This document shows positions 19,719 to 27,003 of a stretch of DNA of 64,000 nucleotides, piece by piece. How positions within the stretch are numbered: the first letter of the stretch is position 1; each line of letters starts with the position of its first letter. The notes beneath the pieces are model-generated. The model saw nothing but the letters and a program-made list of their open reading frames with translations. It was not told the origin of the DNA and did not search any database. Position numbers and translations under genes: made by a program. The stretch is from assembly GCA_963828735.1 (NCBI GenBank), contig CAWHFW010000005.1, positions 1,184,001-1,248,000 on the forward strand. The letters are read 5' to 3'. The DNA comes from an uncultured Gemmatimonadales bacterium (lineage in GTDB: Bacteria; Gemmatimonadota; Gemmatimonadetes; Gemmatimonadales; GWC2-71-9).

Positions 19719-19738
19719 GCCCCGGGAGCAACCGGGGC
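19719..19738 (-). terminator. Stem-loop after STAS gene
   Basis: GCCCCGG-N6-CCGGGGC; no clear U-tract. Confidence 0.4.
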
Positions 19739-19744
19739 ACTCGC

Positions 19745-20059
19745 TCAGTCATAACTCGACTCGACGGAGAAGAGGTCGTAGAGCTTCGTCATGGTGAGGA
19801 GGAACCGGAGCTCCTCGCTCGGATTGCGGAGTATCACCGGCTGGCGTCGCTCGGCCGCGAGGCGCTGGATCAGCATGAGCGCGCCCAAGCCCGCCGAGTC
19901 GATTTCCTTGGTGTGTGTGAGATCGATGACCAGTCGGCCGGAGCCTTCGGGCATCTCCTCGAGCAGCTGTTCCGCCGCCTCGCGGATCGCGACACGTGTC
20001 TCCAGGCCGAGCGTCTCCGGCGCGGCCAGACCACGTTCCAACGCCTGCGGGGTCCTCAT
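19745..20059 (-). CDS. STAS domain protein (anti-sigma factor antagonist-like)
   Basis: LVIDL...IDSAGLGAL phosphoacceptor motif; AAGGAGG SD. Confidence 0.85.
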   Translation of the reverse strand: MRTPQALERGLAAPETLGLETRVAIREAAEQLLEEMPEGSGRLVIDLTHTKEIDSAGLGALMLIQRLAAERRQPVILRNPSEELRFLLTMTKLYDLFSVESSYD

Positions 20060-20065
20060 CCATCC

Positions 20066-20156
20066 TCCTTCGGCACCGAGCTATCTCACCATCGACCGGT
20101 GAGACCTCTAGTTTTGCGGCCCCGGATCACTCCGGGTGTGCTCTTATCGGGCGGAT
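20066..20156 (-). ncRNA. GEMM-I (c-di-GMP-I family) riboswitch, A20 variant (3',3'-cGAMP-type)
   Basis: CGAUAAGAGCACA-CCCGGA-GUGA-UCCGGG-GCCGCAAAACUAGAGGUCUCACC...GGUGAGAUAGCUCGGUGCCGAA: P2 with GNRA loop, GCAAA junction, P3 and terminal GCCG. Confidence 0.85.
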
Positions 20157-20199
20157 CGACGCCTTGCCGCAGGTCAGTTGCGGCTGCGCCCCCGAGAAA

Positions 20200-20216
20200 G
20201 GCGAGTCTGGTGCCAA
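20200..20216 (-). promoter_or_regulatory. sigma54 -24/-12 promoter upstream of riboswitch/STAS gene
   Basis: Minus strand TTGGCACCAGACTCGC, GG-N10-GC. Confidence 0.65.
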
Positions 20217-20426
20217 GCGCTCCAAGACTATGTCAGTTAATGGCTTACAGGTTGGTTCACAACACAAAGTGCGACCGGTTGCGCCGCACTCCGCGGCATT
20301 CTACCGCAAAAGAGACGTGAGGGTAAGAGGAGCGGTCGAGCACGCCGTCTGCGAGTCCTCCATTGCAGGGTCTTCGTCCCGCGTTCTGTCGTCACGCCTC
20401 GCGCGAAATCATGCAGTCGATGATGC

Positions 20427-22369
20427 TCAAAACTGAATCTGCGCGCCAAGCTCGACGACGCGATTCGGCGGCAAGCCGAAGAACGCCGTCGCGGAGCGCG
20501 CGTTCCTGGTCATCAGGATGAAAAGCTTCTTGCGCCAGAGCGACATGCGGCCGAAGCCGGCTCCATCGGACGCCGCGCCGGCCTTCGCGCCGGCCCGCGT
20601 CGCGATGAGCGTCTCCCGTCCCAGGTAGAAGCTGGTTTCCATCACCTTCACACTCACCGGCTTCCCATTCCCCCCTGAGCGGCCAAGCGCCTGCAGGACC
20701 GCCGGAACATCGGGTGTCTCCATGAACCCGTAGTGGGCGATCACTTGGTAGAACCCTTCGCCGAGCTCCTTGCAGGCCACCCGGTCGTCCTGGTCCACCT
20801 GCGGGATCTCCTCGGTCACCACGGACAGCAGCATCACCTTCTCGTGGAGCGTCTTGTTGTGCTTGAGATGATGCAGGAGCACCGGCGGAACACCGCCCGC
20901 ATCGGAGGTGAGGAAAACCGCCGTACCCGGAACCCGAGGCGGCTTCCGCGCTCGATGTCGGCGAGAAACAGGTCCATGGGCAGCGTATTCTCGCGCACGA
21001 TCGCGGCAAGGCGCGCCCGCCCGCGATTCCAGGTCGTCATGAGCGTATAGATGCCGAGAGCCACCACGAGCGGGAACCAGCCACCCTGTTGGATCTTGAC
21101 GAGGTTGGCGGCGAAGAACGCGCCGTCCACGGCGAGCAGCAGGCTGGTGAGCGCCCAGGATCGAGGGCCCGGCCAGCCCCAGAGGTCGCGCGCGACGGTG
21201 TGGAACAGCAGCGTCGTGATGATCATCGTGCCGGTGACCGCGACGCCGTAGGCGGCCGCCAGGTTGGTGGAGCTCTTGAATCCGATCACCAGCGCCAGGC
21301 ACCCGAGCCAGAGCGCCTGGTTCACCTCCGGGATGTAGATCTGGCCCATCTCCGTCTTGGAGGTGTGAATGATGGTGACCCGCGGACTGTAGCCGAGCTG
21401 CACCGCCTGTCGGGTCAGCGAGAAGGCGCCGGAGATGAGGGCCTGCGATGCGACGATCGCCGCCGCGGTGGACACCACGACCATCGGATACAGACCCCAC
21501 TCGGGCACGAGCGAGTAGAACGGATTGACCGCCGCCTCAGGGCGCTCGAGCAGCAGGGCCGACTGGCCGAAGTAGTTGAGCAGCAGGCAGGGCAGAACGA
21601 GCACGAACCAGGTCATCCGGATGGGCCGTTTCCCGAAATGGCCCATGTCGGCGTACAGCGCTTCGGCTCCCGTCATCACCAGGACGACCGACCCCAGGAC
21701 CAGGAAACCCTGGACTCCATCGCGGGCGAAGAGCTCGATGGCGTGCACCGGGTTGACCGCCGTCAAGATCGACGGGTTCATCGCGATGCCACGGAGGCCC
21801 AGCAGCGCGATGCTCGCGAACCAGACTGTCATGATGGGCCCGAACACCCGGCCGACACCCATCGTCCCTTGCCGCTGGAAGAGGAAGAGCACCGTGAGGA
21901 TCACCACGGCGAGGGGCCACACGAAGCGGTTGAAGGCGGGCGTGGCTACGCCGATCCCCTCGATGGCGCCCAGCACCGAGATCGCCGGCGTGATGACGCC
22001 GTCTCCGTACAGGAGCGCCGCGCCGAACAGTCCGAGGCTGATGAGGATGGCTCGCGCGCCCTTGGCTCGCGTCCGCGGGCGCACGAGGGCCAGCAGCGCG
22101 AGGATGCCGCCCTCGCCCCGATTGTCCGCCTGCAGCACGAAGGTGACGTACTTGAACGAGACCACGAAGTTGATCGACCAGAAGACCAGCGACATGACGC
22201 CGAGCACGTTCTCGCGGGTCGCCGGGATGCTGTGGTGTCCCGCGAAGCACTCCTTGAGCGCATAGAGCGGGCTGGTGCCGATGTCGCCATAGACGACGCC
22301 CAGAGCCGTGATGCACAACGCCAGGAGCGGGAGCCCCTTGGGAGGTACCTTGCCCGTCGCGGTGGACAC
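20427..22369 (-). CDS. kup: Kup/HAK/KT potassium transporter (apparent -1 frameshift near 20948)
   Basis: GVVYGDIGTSPLY, ADNRGEGG, GAEALYADMGHFG; C-terminal RVPGTAVF...VVELGAQI continues in a second frame. Confidence 0.92.
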
Positions 22370-22821
22370 TAGCGCGTTCCGGCGACCGGCGCGGGTGCGG
22401 TCGCTCCGACCCGCTTGAGCTCGAGCAGCGACAGGATAAGGATGGTCACGATGATCGCCGCCGAGCCGACGCACCAGCGGCAGATGGCGTGGATGACGAA
22501 CAGCTCGAGGGACGTGAGATAGATGGTGAAGAGCACGCCCCCCGCGGCGAGCGCCGCGAGCGCGAGAGCGGGCTCCCGTCGCTCCGTGTAGGCCGGGCGG
22601 AGGGCGAGGAGGGCCACGAGCAGGAGCGCCGCGTAGCCGAGGAGGCCGATGAGCGCCACCTCCACACCGAGGAAGCGGCTCCACTCGCTTGTCTGAACGG
22701 TCTCGCAGCCCCCCGTACCGCAGGCCAGCGTGCCGATTCGACCAATCTTATAAAGGTAGAGGTAGGCCGACACGAAGAGCCCGAGCAGGCTCATGAGCGC
22801 CGCGCCCATTCGGTAGATCAT
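22369..22821 (-). CDS. Vitamin K epoxide reductase (VKOR) family protein
   Basis: C-x4-C loop (CGTGGC) and CRWC redox motif; four TM helices. Confidence 0.88.
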   Translation of the reverse strand: MIYRMGAALMSLLGLFVSAYLYLYKIGRIGTLACGTGGCETVQTSEWSRFLGVEVALIGLLGYAALLLVALLALRPAYTERREPALALAALAAGGVLFTIYLTSLELFVIHAICRWCVGSAAIIVTILILSLLELKRVGATAPAPVAGTR

Positions 22822-23504
22822 TTGGCGCCGGTGCGAGGAGCGAGCGAGTCGACCAGCCGGGTGATGGCGTCCGAGTCGAGCCGGCCCTGGTAGAGCCGAC
22901 CTCCGACGAGCAGCGTCGGCGTGGAGCTCACCCCCACGCGGGTTCCCTCGTCATAGCTGGCCTGAATGCGGCCCGCGTACTTGCCGGCGGACATGCACGC
23001 GTCGTACTTGGCAAGGTCCAGTCCGTTGCCCTGCGCGTAGCGACGGAAGATGCCGCCGGCGTCCCGAACCGCCGACCACTCCGACTGACCCTCGTAGATC
23101 TTCTCGTGCTGCTCCCAGTACTTGCCCTGCTCGTCGGCGCAGGCCGCCGAGTGGGCGGCGAGCCGGCTGAAGGGATGCTGCTGCAGCGGGAAGTCGCGGT
23201 ACCGCCACCGCAGTCGTCCCGTCTTGATGAGGCGCTCTTCGATCGTGGGCATCTGCAGGGTCGCGAACGTCTGGCAGAACGGGCACTGATAGTCCGCGTA
23301 CTCCGTGATCTCGACCGGTGCGTCCGCCGAGCCTTTCAGATACCCGTGAAAGCCGGCCGTATCGTTCGGCTGGACCACCACGTTCGCCGGGATGCTCACG
23401 GTGGCCGGCTTCGCGAGCTGATAGCCGAGGATACCGACGCCCACCACCGCCACCGCGGCAAGCAGTATGTAGAAGCGCTTCATTCCGACGGGCGATGCCG
23501 CCAT
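22818..23504 (-). CDS. DsbA family thiol-disulfide oxidoreductase
   Basis: EYADYQCPFC, RDFPL, GVSSTPT; N-terminal TM (start may be 23483). Confidence 0.9.
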   Translation of the reverse strand: MAASPVGMKRFYILLAAVAVVGVGILGYQLAKPATVSIPANVVVQPNDTAGFHGYLKGSADAPVEITEYADYQCPFCQTFATLQMPTIEERLIKTGRLRWRYRDFPLQQHPFSRLAAHSAACADEQGKYWEQHEKIYEGQSEWSAVRDAGGIFRRYAQGNGLDLAKYDACMSAGKYAGRIQASYDEGTRVGVSSTPTLLVGGRLYQGRLDSDAITRLVDSLAPRTGAK

Positions 23505-23785
23505 GGTTCCTCATCCTCCGGGTCGTCCGGGTGAAACGAGTCCTGTCGCTGCGCCTCGTCCACGATGCGCCGGCTGTCGGCGACCTCGGGCGTGTCGTAG
23601 GTGGAACGGACCTCGTAGTGGAACATCTCGCTGCGTGCGTCTCCCATCAGCCGGAGCAGCTCCGGAACCCCGCTGAGCAGGTGGCCCGACCGGTCCAGCT
23701 GCCGGATGCGCTCCGCCAGGGCGCGCAACATCTCGGCGAGCCGGTCGGCCCGCGCGTCGTCGTACACTTCCTCATGCTCTGCCAT
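23480..23785 (-). CDS. Hypothetical protein
   Basis: GAGG SD; typical codon use; first gene of the DsbA-VKOR-kup run. Confidence 0.65.
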   Translation of the reverse strand: MAEHEEVYDDARADRLAEMLRALAERIRQLDRSGHLLSGVPELLRLMGDARSEMFHYEVRSTYDTPEVADSRRIVDEAQRQDSFHPDDPEDEEPWRHRPSE

Positions 23786-23882
23786 GGCTACCTCGAGGAG
23801 CGGCGGACCCCTCGGTCAAGTTCATGTGAATGTTGCCGATAAACATAATCACCAGCGCCACGGCGGGGTGAAACCAAGGGGT

Positions 23883-23900
23883 TTGCACCAAAAGGTGCAA
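23883..23900. promoter_or_regulatory. Palindromic operator-like site in divergent intergenic region
   Basis: TTGCACC-AAAA-GGTGCAA perfect 7-bp arms. Confidence 0.5.
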
Positions 23901-23967
23901 CCCGGTTAGATTCCGGTACGGGTTCGCCCGCGAATCACCCCCGGACTCGACGCTCAAAGGACGGTGC

Positions 23968-24234
23968 ATGAACAAGAAGAAGACCCCGCGTGACTCTGAG
24001 GCTGTGGCCTTCGCGCAGGCTCGAGACGAGATGTTCAGTCACGTACTCCGCTGCGGCGTCATCGACGCCCTCCCGGAGCACCAGAAGGACTGGTTCGACG
24101 ATACGATGCTCTACCTGGCCGATCGGTACGAAGACTTGAGTGAAGAAGAGCTGGCGCAGCTCCGCCAATTGGGCGAGCGGTTCTGCCAGCCGGTCCAGCG
24201 GAAGGTGGAGGCCGTCGAAAGCGGCGCAGCATAA
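23968..24234 (+). CDS. Hypothetical small helical protein
   Basis: AAGGA SD; followed by a terminator. Confidence 0.7.
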   Translation: MNKKKTPRDSEAVAFAQARDEMFSHVLRCGVIDALPEHQKDWFDDTMLYLADRYEDLSEEELAQLRQLGERFCQPVQRKVEAVESGAA

Positions 24235-24255
24235 CACAGCGGTGAGTCATGTCGC

Positions 24256-24294
24256 CGCCCCGATGCACGCACTGTGCATCGGGGCGTTTTGTTT
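24256..24294 (+). terminator. Rho-independent terminator
   Basis: CGCCCCGATGCAC-N5-GTGCATCGGGGCG (13 bp) + TTTTGTTT. Confidence 0.85.
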
Positions 24295-24296
24295 GC

Positions 24297-24785
24297 TCAC
24301 TCGGCCAGCCACCCCGGTGGGAGCCGGCGCCACCGATATCCGAGCGCCAGACGCGCGCCGCCACCGATGCCCGCCTCGGCGAACCAGCCCGACGGCGATC
24401 CTGGCCGGCTCTCGATCCCGAGCGTCAGGACGACGTATCCCTGGTCCACGGGCCCACCGGCGACCGCAATCCCGCCCGCGCCATACAGTCCGACCCCGCT
24501 CCGTCGAGTGGGATTGAGGAGGAAATGCGCCAGCAGCTCGCCGCGCCACGCGGCGTCGCCATCGCTCACGCCCGCCGCGAGCGCGGCCGACACCCGTGTG
24601 CGGAGCGACGTCCGGAGCGCGCCGTAGGCCCCGGCGACGGCCACTGCTGGATCGGCCGTGGTGGCGATGCCCTGGACGCCCAGCTCGAGGACGCGCTGTG
24701 CCGCGGCCGCCGGCGCCAACGCGAGGCAGGCCGCCAGAATGCAGGCGCACGGGAGCGCTCGCCGGATCGAAAGGTGCGATGACAT
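24297..24785 (-). CDS. Hypothetical exported protein, small beta-barrel-like
   Basis: Signal peptide AAA|Q; alternating beta strands ending LALGYRW. Confidence 0.6.
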   Translation of the reverse strand: MSSHLSIRRALPCACILAACLALAPAAAAQRVLELGVQGIATTADPAVAVAGAYGALRTSLRTRVSAALAAGVSDGDAAWRGELLAHFLLNPTRRSGVGLYGAGGIAVAGGPVDQGYVVLTLGIESRPGSPSGWFAEAGIGGGARLALGYRWRRLPPGWLAE

Positions 24786-24821
24786 GGTCGGGGTGCGCGA
24801 CTCGGCCGGCGGCTCGGAACC

Positions 24822-25232
24822 CTAGCTCAGCGTAAGCCCGCTCGTGATCGTGATGTCCGGCGCGAGCGAGTGCAGCACCGAGCAGTATTTCGTGATCGAG
24901 AGATCGATGGCGCGGCGCGCCTTGGCCTCGTCGATCCCGTCGCCGCGGATGTGGTACTCGAAGTGGAGCGCCGTGTAGCGGCGCGGCTCCTGCTCCCGAC
25001 GCACCCCGCTGGCCTCGATCCGGAACTCGTGCAGCGTCGCCCGCATCTTCTCGAGGATGACCACCACATCGGCCCCCGTGCAGGAGGCCGCGGCGAGCAG
25101 CAGCGTGAGCATGGGCCCGGGCGCGGTCGCGTTGTCACCGTCGACCGTCGTCTGCGGCCCGCCCACCTCGCCACCGCGGAAGATGAGCCGCTCCTGCCAG
25201 GCCAGGGAGACGCGCTTGGTCTCGATCGTCAT
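24822..25232 (-). CDS. OsmC/YhfA family protein
   Basis: PGPMLTLLLAAASCTG and KYCSV conserved cysteines. Confidence 0.88.
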   Translation of the reverse strand: MTIETKRVSLAWQERLIFRGGEVGGPQTTVDGDNATAPGPMLTLLLAAASCTGADVVVILEKMRATLHEFRIEASGVRREQEPRRYTALHFEYHIRGDGIDEAKARRAIDLSITKYCSVLHSLAPDITITSGLTLS

Positions 25233-25235
25233 CGC

Positions 25236-25796
25236 TCATTCGCCTCCGCCCACGCGGCGCTCGGCCTTCGGGGCCACCCGGTAGTAGTCCCAGATCGCGT
25301 ACAGCGCCACCGCCGCCGTCGCCCAGGCGAGCGGTCTCAGGTGCGGCGAGTCCGCCAGGAACGCGAGCAGCGTGAGGACCTGCGCCACGGTTACCGCCTT
25401 GCCGCCGGCCCTCGCCGGAATGGCGCGCGGCCGGTGCGAGACGAAGGTCGCGACGAACGCCACGGTCGCGACGATGTCGCGGAGCAGCACCCCCAGGATC
25501 TCGTACCACTCGAGCCGCCCGCTGAACGCCACCACGCCGAACGCCGAGGCCATGAAGAGCTTGTCGGCGACGGGATCGATCACCGTGCCGAGGGACGAGC
25601 TGCCGAACCGTCGCGCGAGCTGGCCGTCGAGGAGGTCGCTTGCCGCGGCAGCGGCCAGCAGGATGAGCCGCACGTCGTTGGCGACGAACGGAAACGCGAT
25701 CGCGAGCGGGATCCGCACCGCGCTCAGCAGGTCCGCGGTGGTCCAGCGCGCGCGACCTTGCTCGGCTTCCAGGCGCGGACTAGGTTCGGACGGCAT
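25236..25796 (-). CDS. CDP-alcohol phosphatidyltransferase
   Basis: SDLLDGQLARR...LGTVIDPVADK signature. Confidence 0.88.
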   Translation of the reverse strand: MPSEPSPRLEAEQGRARWTTADLLSAVRIPLAIAFPFVANDVRLILLAAAAASDLLDGQLARRFGSSSLGTVIDPVADKLFMASAFGVVAFSGRLEWYEILGVLLRDIVATVAFVATFVSHRPRAIPARAGGKAVTVAQVLTLLAFLADSPHLRPLAWATAAVALYAIWDYYRVAPKAERRVGGGE

Positions 25797-25814
25797 GGCC
25801 TGCAAGATACTCGC

Positions 25815-26588
25815 ATGACGCTGGATACCGCGGTCATTCCGTGCGGCGGTCGCGGTACCCGGTTGCATCCGATCACCCGCTGGCTGCCGAAGGAGATCCT
25901 CCCCGTGGGTCTCCGCCCCGTGCTCCACTGGACGCTCGACGAGGCCGCCGACGCGGGCCTCCTCCGCGCGATCATCGTCACCAATCCGCACAAGCCGCTG
26001 CTCGAGGCCGCCGCCCGCAACTACGAGGGCCCGCTCGAGCTGGAGTTCGTGCCGCAGGACCACCCGCGCGGACTGGGTGACGCGTTCCTCCGAGCCCGGG
26101 ATCATCTGGCCGGCTCGCCGTTCCTGGCGGTGCTTCCGGACAACCTCTTCCGTGGACCGAATCCGAGCGCGGCGGTGGTGGCGAGCTTTCGCGCCAGCGG
26201 CCGCGCGACCGTGCTGCTCGCCGAGGTGTCGCGAGAGGCGGCCACCTCGAAGGGCGCATCCGGCCGCGCCACGACCCGTACCGACGCGGACGGCTCCCTG
26301 CGGGTGACGGACGTGACGGAGAAAGGCACCGGGAAATTCGACACGGCTGGCGAGGCGGCCGCGGTCACCCCGATCGGCCGGATGGCGTTTCCCGGCGACA
26401 TCCTCGAGGAGTTCGCGGAGGTGGGACGAGGGTTGCCCTCGGGGGTCGAGCTGGACGATGTGCCGGTGTTGCAGCGCCTCGCGCGGCGCGACGCGCTCGC
26501 GGGCGTGATCAGCCGGGCCGAGTTCTTCGACGTCGGCGCGCCCGAGGGCTACCGGGACGCGGTCGCCGCCTTCCCGGCTCGCGCCTGA
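25815..26588 (+). CDS. Sugar-phosphate nucleotidyltransferase (GalU-like)
   Basis: AVIPCGGRGTRLHPIT..PKEILPV, Q..PRGLGDA, FDVG. Confidence 0.85.
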   Translation: MTLDTAVIPCGGRGTRLHPITRWLPKEILPVGLRPVLHWTLDEAADAGLLRAIIVTNPHKPLLEAAARNYEGPLELEFVPQDHPRGLGDAFLRARDHLAGSPFLAVLPDNLFRGPNPSAAVVASFRASGRATVLLAEVSREAATSKGASGRATTRTDADGSLRVTDVTEKGTGKFDTAGEAAAVTPIGRMAFPGDILEEFAEVGRGLPSGVELDDVPVLQRLARRDALAGVISRAEFFDVGAPEGYRDAVAAFPARA

Positions 26589-26604
26589 GCGGCGGACCAC
26601 TCGC

Positions 26605-26931
26605 GTGGACGCCGCCTTCGCCTATCACCTCGACGAGCTCACTGGCATCAGCGGAGCGCGACTCGCGGACCCGGCCGGACTTTCGGCCGCGGTCGTGGCG
26701 GCGGCGGGCGCCGTCGGCATGGCGCCGCTCGGCCCACCGATCGTGCGCGAAGGCCCGAGCGGCGCCGCGGTGGCTCTGCTGTGCCGCGACGGGCACATCG
26801 TGCTGCACACCGCCCCGCACGAGGGGTTGTGCTTCGTCGCCGTCGTGGCCCGCGCGCCCGCGGATGTCGGGCGCGGGGTCGAAGTCATCGCGCGCGGGCT
26901 CGCCAGAGAGCCGGGCCGAGAAGCACCCTGA
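26605..26931 (+). CDS. S-adenosylmethionine decarboxylase (SpeD/SpeH)-fold protein lacking the ES cleavage site
   Basis: GAAVALLCRDGHIVLHTAPHEG aligns with the family motif GVSxVxLLxESHxSxHTWPExG. Confidence 0.6.
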   Translation: MDAAFAYHLDELTGISGARLADPAGLSAAVVAAAGAVGMAPLGPPIVREGPSGAAVALLCRDGHIVLHTAPHEGLCFVAVVARAPADVGRGVEVIARGLAREPGREAP

Positions 26932-27003
26932 CGACCGCGAGCACCGACTGGGCAGCTGTCGGACGACAAACGGGCGAGTCGAGCGGAGTAGTATCGGCTG
27001 CGG

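Noticed and set aside
20270..20308. TGCG/CGCA-type palindromes as enhancer sites for the STAS promoter
   Set aside because: Imperfect, spacings differ between copies, and such motifs are expected by chance at this GC content.
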